Shown one piece after another: positions 51,767-64,000 of a stretch of 64,000 nt of DNA (position 1 is the first letter of the stretch; every line of letters begins with the position of its first letter). The stretch lies in the NCBI GenBank assembly GCA_002189035.1, contig NEEC01000011.1, positions 1,798,001 to 1,862,000 of the forward strand, written 5' to 3'. The position numbers were made by a program, and so were the translations under genes. This DNA is from Utricularia gibba. Taxonomy: Eukaryota; Plantae; Magnoliophyta. The notes below the pieces were generated by a model. The model was not told where the DNA came from. It did not search any database and saw only the letters and a list, made by a program, of their open reading frames with translations.

Positions 51767-52295
51767 ATCTACGATCTCGAGAGCTCAGATCCAAAAACCG
51801 GAGATCTTAGCTTAATCGATCGATTACCAAAAAACTCAAACTCGTCTCAGTCGCGAGCGACACTGCGACGTTCGATCGAGAAAAAACGTTGCATTAAACA
51901 CGCTTTTCCTAGTACACATCTGATAAATGCAGATTTAATGAAATTTTTACATTTTTTTCCCTTCTATTTTTGGTGGAATTGATTTATCGAAATTTAATGA
52001 TGTTTTCCTGGTCTTCTAATAGCATTTTTATTGATTTACGGAAATGATGATGTGGCTTTCGTTATTGAATTTTCATGAAAAAACTGAATTTCCTGAAAAT
52101 AATTTCTGCAGCATATAACCCAGAATAAAATTGGAATAAAATTGATTTCCGTTAAAATAAAAATGATTTTCCGAAAACCATATCAGTATTTCTGAAAATT
52201 ACTAAAGATGATTTTATCAGGTTGGAATTTTTTTCTAAATTCATATTATATCAATAATATCATTGAAAAATATAATATAACAAAAATTCTAAACT

Positions 52296-52382
52296 CATGA
52301 TATTAATTCCGAAACCGAAACCGTACGAACACTCTATTCCCAAACCGAATCGAAACTGCAATTCGAAACCGATTACAAGTCT
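52296..52382. mobile_element. MITE terminus fragment
   Basis: Tandem CCGAAA/AACCG motifs ending in gattacaagtcta (reverse complement TAGACTTG...), like the ends at 3590 and 26685. Confidence 0.35.
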
Positions 52383-52662
52383 ACTATTGTATCATCCTGC
52401 AACTAGCCATTCACAGCAGCAGTCTTGCTTAACAAACATTCAAACACATTCAAAAGTCATCTCTGGGACTGATAGCATGTAGTGTACAAGCAAATTTCTT
52501 TGGAAGCCTGGCAGCGGCTACATTCACATAAACAATGTAAAGAAGCAAGTGATCCTGGGAATCATTCAATTTCAACAGCAGTAGACAACCCCCCTATGGA
52601 TTTCATGTTCAAAACAGAGACAACCTCCATGTATCAGACAAGAATATCAATCCCATCCTCGC

Positions 52663-55179
52663 TTAGGCTTCCACAAATAGGAGTCGACGAGCGGGAGCAG
52701 GAGGAGCCAAACCTGGTATATCACGAATGTTTCTGTTGTGGGGGTTGACTATCTGTAAAAGCAATTGGATGGTCATGCCGGATACAAGGACAGGTGAAAG
52801 AACTTTGAAGGAAGCAGCAGGAAAGTGAAACAACACAATGATAATGCAATTATAAATGGTTGTTTACTCTTTGAAAGATTCAGGTATTTCTGTAAGACAA
52901 TAAGAAGGTTTCAATGAAAGCAAAAGTGTAGTTTGCCACGTAAACAGGAGTTAAACAAGGTATAAACATAACGAGTTTACACTTCTAAATATGAGCATCA
53001 CTCATGGTAACTTAGTGGTACTAGGTGAAGTACAATAAATTCTGAGTAAGCAATGATGGAGTTATCGCACATGTCCTGAGACTCTTTTTTGTTGGTAAAC
53101 CGCCATGGGTGGCGTTAAAGCAAAAGAAACCATGTAAAAGGAAACATACCTTAACAATGATGATAGCTATAACACCCATCACAATAAGAAAAAGAAGGCA
53201 CATGATACACCGATCAGTGGCAACCTGATAGCATAAAACTCATTGGCATGCATGAAAGACTAATTCAAAAAAGTGTCAAATTTGATTTTGTTATTGACCT
53301 GCCTACCGAGCTCTCTGACCAACTGTGAGGCCTTCTTGAGTGAAAAATGTATGGAGTCCAGTTCATTAACAATTCTGCTCATTTGTTCAGTCTGAAAGCA
53401 TGACATTATGGCAGAACTTGGTATCAGAACTGAGATACAAGTCGATTAAGGAAAACAGAAGCCGCGAGCATACACACCTGAGCCTTAAGAGCTGCAGCAG
53501 TCTCCGTTCCAACATCAACAGTCTCAAGAACAACCTACGAGAATTGAGCATTCAAGGATCACAACTCTTACTATCCATATCAGAGGACAGTGAGAGCTCA
53601 CATGAATTTATCAGTTTAATTACTTGCTCCAGTTCAATGAATAACAATTTTATTGGATATTATGCATTTACATGTTGTACGCTAGTGAATTCGAATGAAC
53701 AGAACCTTTTTTGCTCTGTTAATGGCCTGATCAGTCTCATCCATCATCTGGTTTCCTCGATCAACTAGTTGCTGATTTGTCATATCTGAAATATCACATT
53801 TTTCAGGCAAATACTAACCAATAAAACTATGCAAACCAATTACTCTTGCAAAGAGTGAATCTTCATTGAAAGTTTAGAATTTAGGCTTCAGTAATGTTTC
53901 AGATAGAGTTAGAGTGCAGGAGCTGTCTAGCAAATGGAAAAGAGAATCGGTTCTACTTGCATGGTTAGGTTTTTCTCATGGCATTGATCGTGAAGAGTTT
54001 TTTCAAATGACTGATCGCATGAAACATGACAGGCATCATCAACTGGTTTCTGCCAGGTGTTTAGGGATGAGGTTGTTCCATACTGGAGGTTTATGCAAAC
54101 AAAAACAAGTAGAATAAATATTTCCATAACAATTACCACCAGTTCTTAACTATCTCTCCCACTTTCTAAATCACTCCTTGTAAAAATTAAATCCATGAAA
54201 CGAATAATTGACATGTATTTCCTTGCAATCAAATGGATGGAATTTGCTTACTTGAAGACAGAAGCACGTTCTCTTCAGCAAATCCTTCACCTGGCCCCTC
54301 AAAGAGATCCACTCGCTTGTTTTCAAGATCATTTGTATACCTATGAATCGACAAAGGAGATAATGTCACAATGATCAAACCCCTGGCCCCAACAGGCCAA
54401 AGCATCTCCATGGCCCTGAGCCCAATGCTTCAATATGACCCATACAGCATTGCTCATAAGTTAAGCAAAGCTTGAAAAGCGTTTTATACTATCTCGAATT
54501 TGGCATTACCTTTTTTTGAGAGCTACATACGAATTCAACTCTTTAATCTGCATACAAAGACAACATATACGTAAAGAGGAAAGAGATCAGCCTTCATATA
54601 GACGGTTTCAAAAATAGTGCAAGCAACCATCGACTGCTTTTTTTCGTTCAGAATCCGGTTAGTCTCTGAGTCATTTTTGTACTCGTTTTCCTTCAACTCC
54701 CGGTCAAACTCTTTAATCAGCCTGGACCATGTAGGACGGAAGGTAAAAGAAAGAAAAAGAAAAACAGCTTGCAGCAAGAATATCGCAGCCAAAACAAAAT
54801 GCAGCTTCTGTACATGAATTCAACCAAGTACCTCTTACAGTCTCGCATCTTGTCCGTGAGCTCTTCCAGCTGCCGGCTCCGCCTACTGGAATCCTTAATC
54901 TTTTCCAACTTTTGGAACCCATTCCTTCATTACGCAATCAAGAAACCGATAAAAAAAGAAGCTCATAACTCCTAAACATCGTCATATTTCATTCCCTTCC
55001 AATTGTTTGTCACAGGCAAAATATCATTATCCACGTCAACACAATACACAACGCGTCAAACTCATTCACACATTTCAAAATGAAGCATCGCAAGCAGAAG
55101 GAAGGAAGATGACGCACCCAAGAGCTCGAAGAACATCCGAAATCTGGCCCTCAATCTCCTCGAGCTCCTCACTCACCAT
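52663..55179 (-). CDS. NPSN11: Novel plant SNARE, NPSN11-like (Qb), multi-exon
   Basis: MVSEELEEIEGQISDVLRAL|GNGFQKLEKIKDSSRRSRQLEELTDKMRDCK|..IKELNSYVALKK|..KRVDLFEGPGE..|..VATDRCIMCLLFLIVMGVIAIIIVK|IVNPHNRNIRDIPGLAPPA..RRLL. Confidence 0.92.
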
Positions 55180-56248
55180 CTCTCCGGCCGTCAAAATCTC
55201 AACTCCACGTCAAGGAGAAAACTTTCTTCGACAAAGTCAAGGCCACGAGAAAAAAGAAGCGAACAAACAAATCTGCGGATGAATCCTCTAATCGAAGGAT
55301 CAACAACGTCGCAGACGAAGAAGGAACGCAAAATGGGTCAATTTCGGATGGATCTGGCAATTCCCTCCAGGGACACGAACAGATCACCAGACGCGGTCAT
55401 CTGGTGTGAGCTGGCACCCTCGCGGTATACGAATTACAAGCATTTCCGCCATTGTTAATCCTCGGCAATCCAGTAATTGCGCCGGCGCTCTGTAATGGCG
55501 CCATACATGATACATCTAAATTTTTTTCTTTTAAACATTCTAATTATTTATTAATAATTAAATATTATACATAAAACATTAATATTTTTTTATTTCACGC
55601 AAAACTCATCATAAATTTAAAATTTAAAATTGCATATGCTGTGATTCAATTTAAATATAAAACATATGATTTATCATATTAAAAGTTGGATAATAAATCT
55701 ATTACTTTATTACATAAATTTAAATAGATAAATACTACCAATTTTATACAAAGTATTTTTTCAAATACGGCAAGAGGGTCCTTAGTAATAATTCTAAAGT
55801 TAAACATGTTTGACTTGAAATAATATGATGATGAAGTGACCTTTTGATAAGGCAGGTCAAAAATTGAGAAAATGTTATATTATAAAAATTGAGTAAGTTG
55901 AATAAATAATATCATATAAAATAAATATATATTGTTACATATTTTTAAAATTATTGTGATTAAACAAATTTCAATTTTTTAATTAATTTTAAACATATTA
56001 TTAAATATATATTAATTATAATTTTATAATAACTATTTATTTAAATACAAACAATTGAAATATATTACTAATTGAATTATACAGCTACACTCAATAGTTG
56101 CAGGGCAAACCCTTGCATATGAACAACAGTAAATTTTGTTTCGAGAGACAGGGCATAGCTTCATGCTCCACAAACCACGGTGACTGTGAAGCTTCAGAGC
56201 AATGGCTAAAAAGAAAGCAGAAAAGAGACAATTCTGAACGGTAGGGAG

Positions 56249-57661
56249 CTAATCGTTCTGTTTCTCAGCGACGGAGGACTGCGTCTCATCCTGCCAACTT
56301 GCTTGCCATTGCTTATCATAGAATGTGGTCTCCTCCACCAACTTCTTGATTGTTTCAATGTCTTGATTCTTTCTGATGAGGAGAACGCCGCCCACAGCAA
56401 CAAGCAGCAGCGTTTTGCAGAAGAAGTTCTCCATCTGATCAACGAGGCCGACGCCGGTGAGGCCGTCCACAATGTATGCCATGAAGAAACCGATCATCGC
56501 AGCTCGCCCTGCACAGCGCTTCAAGTATGAATCATGGGGTAACTTCGATTACATACTGAGGTTAGCAGAGCAAACCATTGAGCAGTTCTGCTTCAGGAAG
56601 ATGGAATCTTTTCATCCACGCCCACCAAGGAACTATGGAGGTGTCGAAGGTCACCGGATCTTCGTTGCTGGATGACTGAGGATTGTCTTCCATCCACTTC
56701 CTCCTCTTCACTTCTGTATGAGTCACGGAAGCATATCAGAAAACGCCCTTCACTCACTCTTGAACTCTGTGGCTATACTCCATTATCAATGTCAGAGATC
56801 AACAAGAGGGAATGTTTCAGTTATGGGCCTTGTTCTTTGATATTTGTTTCGAAACATTTTGCAACATACTGCAAAACAGCCCTCAGCTATCTTCCGAAAA
56901 CATCAAAGAAGAAGAAATTTTGGAATGTTTAGGAAAACTGACACTTTGAATCAAACAAAGGTAGCAGCTTTAATTAGAAGACTACAAGCAAAAGGAATTT
57001 ACTGAAACAGCTAGTTCAACAGCGACATTTATGGGTAAAGAGAAGCAAGAATTCAATAGGCATAATGGTATAGAACATGGCTTGCTGGACCATAAAGCTT
57101 CCCAAGTATTGCAAATCCCCATTATACCAACAAACAGTTACATAATCTCCAGCAAGATCAATCTCTGGTAGTTTCGACACTAACAGCACCTTAACATCAA
57201 GATTTCCTCGAAATGAGAGCACAGGGTAACTCAAAACACAAAATCAGATTAATACCATCTCCCATGCAATCCAAAAAACAAGAAAAATCAAGCAAAATGA
57301 AATGAAATTCATGGGTACCAGCATCAATTACAGCATCCCAGTTGGTTTGGCCGTCTTTGGTGAACTGAGTTAGGTCCCAAGTACCCCCTTTCCACCTCGC
57401 GTCATGAAATCCATTCTTACCCGCAGGCTCATCATCCGCTACCGCAGTCGCCACCGAACCGTTCGAGCTCACAGCAGCCTCGTCTGCCGCCGTAGCGGAT
57501 ACCCCAGATCCGGTGTCAGCAGCCACTAGTGAACAAAATTGCAAATTTCTTGAACCTCCGATTGAAATATACGGTCGGAGAGGCAATACAGTTTTGGTAT
57601 GGGAGTGTGTCGTGGGTGAAGCCAGAGCTCGGAAGCTGGGGGAGAAACCCGTCACTGCCAT
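56249..57661 (-). CDS. LIL3: Light-harvesting-like protein 3, 3 exons
   Basis: Transit peptide, then [30 protein letters not shown]|[12 protein letters not shown]...[20 protein letters not shown]|[12 protein letters not shown]...YDKQWQASW. Confidence 0.95.
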
Positions 57662-58733
57662 AGTGTAGATAACGAGGAAGAGATGAAGCCTCAGGATGAT
57701 ACGGCTGTCCTATGTGGCTGCATTCAGCTTCAGGGGGATTTTATAATATCCTTTATTTTTTAAAAAAAGCTTAAACTAAATTCTTATTTTATAAAAAAAA
57801 TTAGAAACAAAATCAACCAAAAAATATTTAATTAAATAATTTAGCTTTAGATTTATTATTTAAACGTCGAGTGATAAGCACCGAAAGTGAAAAAATAATT
57901 TTTTTCTTTATGCATTAAAAATTACCACATTTGTGAGCTCGAAAATGCCACATCTTTATTTCATTCACAAAAATATTTCAGATAATATCATAATAAATAA
58001 TAATATATCATATATATTTATTGAATAATTTTATGTTATCTTATAGTAAGAAAACAATATTAATTAATATATCATATTAATATTCCATTTATTTAATTCA
58101 ATACTTGAATCTAACATATTAAGAAAAATATTCAATACAATTTACTCAAATGTAAATTCTTATTAAGATATCTCATTATTTTAGAATAAAAAGGATGAAA
58201 AACATTTCAGGCAAATTGAATTTCTTCTATATAACTATTTGAAAAAGTACGATTTATGAACTATCAATTGATACGAGTGCAAGAAATCAATATTTTCGGA
58301 AGACTAAAATAGTATTAATGAATAAATAATCCGTTGTAGACTATAAAATTGTATAAGCATAATTTTTTATTAAATTTTGTAATTATATTAAGATATATTT
58401 AATATTTTTTAAAAAATTAATCATAAAAAAAACATAAACCCACAGGTGTGGAGTGCTAGAAAGGCATGAAATTTTTTTATAATGTGAAATTCAGTATTAT
58501 TACTTTCTTTGAATTGGAAGAAAACATGAACATGTGAAATTGAGTGCACCATGTTACATGTTTGACCAAGATGATCAAACTCTAAGAAACCCGTTGACCA
58601 AGTCATGGGTCAACCCGTGAACCGACCCGCGGGAGGAACTACGTGTAAGGTATATATATGACTCCCATTTCACAATTGAACTCGCCGCTCCATTTGCCGG
58701 AGCTCTGCAGCTGGAAATGGTTCCTGAGGTTTA

Positions 58734-60594
58734 CTAACTCGTCTTAAACGGATGGTAAATCTTGAGATCGTTGATCACTCCGGCGAAGGAGCCGACGGCG
58801 GCGACGATCGAGATGACCAGACAAACCATGCTCAGAGTCTGCAAGCAAACCCACCTCGTCCCCCACTTGGGTATCTTCCTTTGCCGTATGTACATCTCCA
58901 CCGGGAAGTAGACCGTCAACGGCCAAAACCCGAATGCTCCCAGGATTCCGACGACGTCGTTGAAGAAGGGCATGATCATCGAGATGACGGTGGTGATGAC
59001 GACGAAGATACTGCGCCAGACCAGTCGGAAGAGGTTGAGCTTAAACGCCAGCAGACCCGGGATTTTGATCGGGAACTCTATGTTTCTGAACCGGTTGTTT
59101 GGGAACCAATCGGCGAACACTTTTTCAAGGAAGGCGAAGAGCGGCTGACAGAAAACTTGATAAGCTCCGACGAGATGGATGACGATGGCCACGTTGGCGA
59201 TGTCCAGAAGCCAGTAAGGGTGGTAGAACCCGAAGCCGGTGAGGAGATTTCCCGGCGCCAAATCGCCGAACGCGGCGTACCCGAAGCAGCCGCAAGCCAT
59301 GTAGAAGATTGTCGTCACGGCCACGCTCATCATTGTTGCTTTCCTCATCGTCTTTTGCTCAGAAGGAGGCGCTTTCACCGTATCCTGTTAACATAAACAC
59401 TGTGAAATTGAGTGATTTCTGCTACACTGAAAAAAATACGAACAAAACACACCTGAATTTCAATGAGAATCATGGAGTAGGAGTAAGCGAAGGCGATTGC
59501 TCCCAGAGCTTGGAAGCTTCTCCAAACTTTGTCCAGTTCAGTGACAGTGCCGACGCTGATCCCGGTGACCGTCCCCTTCACCATTCCATTTTCTGCCATC
59601 ACATCGTTAAAGACACAGTTGAAATGCAGAAAATCATCTAACAGAACTCATTGCATAGTTTTCCGGTAACCAGACGCACCTACAACCATTGCAATACCCA
59701 GTCCAAGTCCGATGGACGAGTAGGTGAATGACATAACCGCAGCGACGATGGAAAGCCACCAAATTTGGTCGAAATCAGGGATCTGGGAGAAGATGATCTC
59801 CATAACTCCGAACGCGATCATGTACGGGTTGCTGGATACCCTGCACGGGCTCGCATCCCCTCTCGAATGGAAACAGTTCGACCTCTCCACCGCCCTGTCA
59901 TCTCAACTGGTTCGATCAACTCTTTTTACGCAGACGCTATCGCGAAAGCTTAATGTACTCACATCATGCTAATGGAGGAAGCAATGGTGTATCCAATGGC
60001 AACCCCGAAGAGATTCAAGTACTGCACTGCACCACAGAATTTCACCTGGATGCCACCCAAATTGGATCTGACTGCATCCATGTAAGTGTAGTTGCGTTTT
60101 CCGGTGTCTGGATCTCCGCTACGGTAGCATGTTGCGAGAAGGGCCGAAGTGTAATACGTCACGAAGGAGAAGAGAAGCATGACCACCGGACCAGCTACCC
60201 AGCCGAGCTGCGCGACGGCCCACGCCAACGACAAGACGCCGGAGCCGATGACTGCAGTGATGATATGGGCGCTCGCCGTCCACAGAGTTCCTAAAACCAA
60301 CAAAAAGCGATCAACAAACCGTGCCAAAGTGAGAAGAAGCACATGCTCCCATTTGAGTGCTCACCGGTTCGCTTAAGGCGGCCGTCATCGTCGTAGAACT
60401 CCGAGTCCACTGTAGAGCTCAAGGTTACATCCAGAACCTGGTGGTTGTGCTTCGCCACGCCCGTGGAGTCACTCATCTTCTGCATGTTGAACATGGTAAG
60501 AATTGTTTCCAATTCACAAACCATCTGATAAAAAAACAACAACCAGCACAATTGTACCAGAAAACAACGACCAGGGAGAGAATGTTACCGTCAT
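58734..60594 (-). CDS. AAP: Amino acid permease (AAP2/AAP3 clade), multi-exon; start may be 60594, 60524 or 60476
   Basis: DDDGRLKRT|GTLWTASAHIITAVIGSGVLSLAWAVAQLGW...FAYSYSMILIEIQ|DTVKAPPSE...GILGAFGFWPLTVYFPVEMYI...LKIYHPFKTS*. Confidence 0.93.
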
Positions 60595-60654
60595 GGGGGT
60601 AGATGTGGTGAAGTTCTGGAAGATGTGCTTTGGTTTCTGGTAGATAAGAATGCG

Positions 60655-60664
60655 TATTTATAGG
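60655..60664 (-). promoter_or_regulatory. TATA box of the AAP gene
   Basis: Reverse complement reads CCTATAAATA, about 60 bp upstream of the first ATG. Confidence 0.6.
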
Positions 60665-60894
60665 TGGAAGAGGAGGATTGCTGATAAAGCCATGGCTCTG
60701 TGTATCATCAAGGCAAAAATGGTCCTTTTTGCTAGGTGTTCCATAAGATACTAATCATGTTCACGCTAACCATTCTCCTCCATTCTTTGGCATTAGAAGA
60801 AGAATACGGTTCCCCCTTTCACCTTTATCGTAGCACCCCACGGATCCACGCACCCACCTTAACCACTTTACTATTCAGCCTATGCATAATCAAC

Positions 60895-60948
60895 CAAAAC
60901 TCAAATTAAAACCAAAACCGAAATCGAAATCGAAACCAAAACCCAAAT
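60895..60948. repeat. Degenerate 6-bp tandem (AAACCG/AAATCG/AAACCA)
   Basis: aaaaccaaaaccgaaatcgaaatcgaaaccaaaacccaaatc. Confidence 0.6.
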
Positions 60949-62589
60949 CTAATAATGATATGCATTTAAGTTATTTATATTTAAATAAACATACGGATTA
61001 ACATTAAAAGTTTGATAATATTATATATGATAGATGTGTCTAAAATAAATTAGTTATAAATTGAGTAATTTAATAAAATACACATAATTTTGAAATACGG
61101 GTATTTTAGAAGTTTGTTTGTAAAATAGTCGTATATTATTAAAATAGCTTGCTAAACATTCATTATTATCAACATACAAATGTTTAAACTGTAAAATCAA
61201 TCTAAATGGCATAGTAAGTATTTTGTCATTGATATTTTTGTATAAAAAATTATTTTTTAATAATTTTAAATTAATAATGAATACAAAATTTTAATAGTAA
61301 TTTTTATTCAATAAATATTTTTTTATTTCTAAAAATAAAATACCTGTATTATAAATTTTGATTAATACTTATTCCATAGGATTTTATAAAAAATTCAATA
61401 AAATAAGTATATAGTCACATTAGTTTAGATTATCAAATAAATTAATTACTCCAATTCTTACCCATTATTATCTTATAAATTATAATCTTTTCAATAATTT
61501 CTATAATGAATATTTAACTCACTTGAGTGTTTTTCGTGTTTTAACTTTTAAGTAAATCGTATTATTTTTTAATTACCACTATCAATAACAAACAAACAAA
61601 ACAAGTGGTAACCATAATCAAGGCATATATTCCAAGTAGTTGGGGCTTATCTTAAAGATTATTCCCCAGGAACATTTTGAATTTTCTTCTTCAGCCACAG
61701 AATCCTACTTAAACGAAGCCAAGAGGACTTGAAATTGCTGACGTGGGATGATAAAATATCTATAGTAAATAGACATTTTCTATTTTTAGAAAAATAGCCA
61801 GCAGTTTTTTTTATGAAGTCATTTTCATTAAACATGCAATTATTATTTTTATTAAATATTTCACCAGTCTTATTTTTTACTAAATATTTCAAATTTAGTG
61901 CATAAATTTAATAACATTTATTTTAAATAAATGATTACAAAGCAATAGAAATTCTGATTGGTTATGGATTCCAACTAAACATGGTAAAGAAAAAATAATA
62001 ATAATAAGTGGAATCATACAGTGCAGAAGATGCTGGTCAAAAGGCACAATCATTTTCCAGAATAATTCCAAATCATATACTTCATAATATTAATTTAATT
62101 GAATAAATACCACATTAATTTAAAGTTTTGTTTCGCCGCTTTTGTTTCTGAAAAAGGATACTTAAAAAGTTTTGTTATCACATACGAATGATTTTTACTT
62201 TAAAAATAGAAAAAAATCTAAAAATATTTTAAAAAGTTGGAAAAAGTTAATTTCTATTTTATTATAATGTTTTATAAAAAATTACTTTTTGAGAAATGGA
62301 ATCAAATAATAATTAAATTAGAAAAAGTCAATTTCCATTTGATCATATTTCTCAAAATCAAATTTCAAAAAGTTTTTAATAATAAAAAGAAATTTCATAT
62401 TTTTTTATCTTTTTAAAAATAAAAAAATATTCTAAACAAAGTGCCAATATAGACATGAATGTAGGTCAACGGGCAAATTGTTTTTTTTTTCAATTAAAAA
62501 AACAGTAGTTGACCATTTCTCAGAAGGGCCCACCCATGCAGCCCCAACCGGATCAGACCGGGTTTTGAATGCACTGCGTGACTCGGGAC

Positions 62590-63783
62590 TTAGTTGTCAA
62601 TGTTCATGAAGTATTGTTGAGGTATAGAGGGAGGGCAGTACTTCTTTGCCACAAATTTGTACTGTTCGAAACAAAAAAGAGACAGCAATCTGTTAGCTTG
62701 GGTTATGAAACGGTGATTAAAGTATCAAAATGAGGTGCTTGCTGCTCACCTTATGCTGGCTGTACTTCTCCCTAACGGCGGGGAGAGAGGAGGTTTCGTT
62801 GTTGCAGACCAGGCCGTGCAATGCCGAAACGCAGTCCAGCAAGTGATGAGGCTTATAGAGAGTGTAATGAGCCAGGGTGGGGCTCTGAAATGCATCAAGT
62901 GTAAGAAGAAAGAATTGAGGGGAAATCAGTGTGGATGCATATGAACGTGCGTACCCATGGTCTCTTGGAAGGAAGAAGAATGAACTTGGCCAGGAAGATT
63001 GATGAGGCTGCTATTAATGATGGTGCAAATCGGAGCATGGTGTACTGCAACAGGGAAAGCTCGGCGATGTAGTTGGCCAGGCACTCCAGCAGCAACAGTG
63101 GAGTCTTCGATGTAGACGCAGCAGCCAGCTATATGGAAGGGAAAGAGCGTTTAGTGTCAACAAAGATGATGATATTAATTGTATGAAGTCAGGAGGATCC
63201 AATGTACCTCATCAACGTCTTGTGCGGCACGTATAAACCGCCTAAAAGAGAAAAGATTGATATGAATGAAGATCACATTTCACTAGTTTTTTTCTGTTAT
63301 TCAGGGAAACAGGACAAGGGACACTACCTCAAGAAGCATTTAGTAGTCGGGGCTGTCATTTCAAATTTGAGGTAGTTCAGAACACGGGACTCCATTTCCA
63401 AAACCTGATAAATTGACTGTTTTTTAAATCTGCTGTTCTTGCGCACTCAAACCATAGATAATTGTATGAGGGGAGAAAATCACCTCATCTTTGAAGTATG
63501 TATTATCTGTAATGTAGCAAAACTCCTCTACTTGTGGCGCACATATCTCTTCATATTTTCTGAAAGTTTACGCAAGTGAAAACTCTAGGATTCTGTTATC
63601 AGAGAACTACAAGTAGCCATTAAGAGTAACATTATTGAAGGAATCTTACGCTGCAATCATCATGCAAGCTACCCCAACCAATTGCAATCTTTGCCTATCC
63701 ATAGGATTTCCAGAGAGATAGCGATCGATGTAGTTCACTGTCAAATATAATGTGTCCGGAACCAATCTGTATTCCTCGGCTAC
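62590..63783 (-). CDS. CYCA1: A1-type cyclin, 3' exons only (5' part lies beyond the window)
   Basis: [37 protein letters not shown]|..[21 protein letters not shown]|..[26 protein letters not shown]|..[12 protein letters not shown]|[14 protein letters not shown]. Confidence 0.92.
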
Positions 63784-64000
63784 CTGGTAACGACAGAATC
63801 AGTTCAAACACAGCAGCGAGATGAAAAAATAAAAACTTTTGTTGTGTTGGGTCATGAAATTTAAATATAGTAAAAAGTGTTTTAATGTTACTCAGATGGG
63901 ATAGGGATATATACATGGTATAGGGATATATTTAATTGATAAATTATAATTAGAATGAAAATATCTTTATTATTTTTTGATGTAAATTGATGAAAGAAGA

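Noticed and set aside
53400-53768. 122-aa plus-strand ORF
   Set aside because: Antisense across NPSN exons and introns; no recognisable motif.
52663-55179. Initial call as a VTI1 SNARE
   Set aside because: The motifs (LEELTDKMRDCK, VATDRCIM, IRDIPGLAPP) match NPSN11 rather than VTI1.
58752-59396. 214-aa plus-strand ORF
   Set aside because: Antisense shadow of the GC-rich last AAP exon; no independent family features.
1-64000. CRISPR arrays, rRNA or tRNA genes, prokaryotic or organellar insertions
   Set aside because: None seen; the short tandem motifs are TE subterminal repeats or microsatellites.

Overview
This window is plant (angiosperm, probably eudicot) nuclear euchromatin: intron-containing genes separated by very AT-rich spacers. 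About 17 protein-coding loci can be spliced together by eye: DUF1664, an mL80-like mitochondrial protein, a BPA1/BPL RRM protein, SYP2 syntaxin, ATL RING-H2, bHLH71-like, TET1-like tetraspanin, DUF569, PLATZ, BCM/CAAX protease, RPL28, a ZP1-like C2H2/EAR finger, AP2M, NPSN11, LIL3, an amino-acid permease and the 3' half of cyclin A1. A complete-ended but internally decayed PIF/Harbinger transposon (4312-6902, TIRs plus TAA TSD) and several MITE/LTR-like relics are also present. I found no convincing wholly new multi-gene system. The best leads are a probable CUG-initiated PLATZ isoform, a tetraspanin with no in-frame AUG next to a frameshifted DUF569 gene (each fixed by one base in a homopolymer), a box C/D snoRNA candidate in an RPL28 intron, a triple-hairpin element in the first coding intron of the RRM gene, and an intron in a normally intronless ATL gene. 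Family assignments and homologue sequences are recalled from memory; no database search was run.
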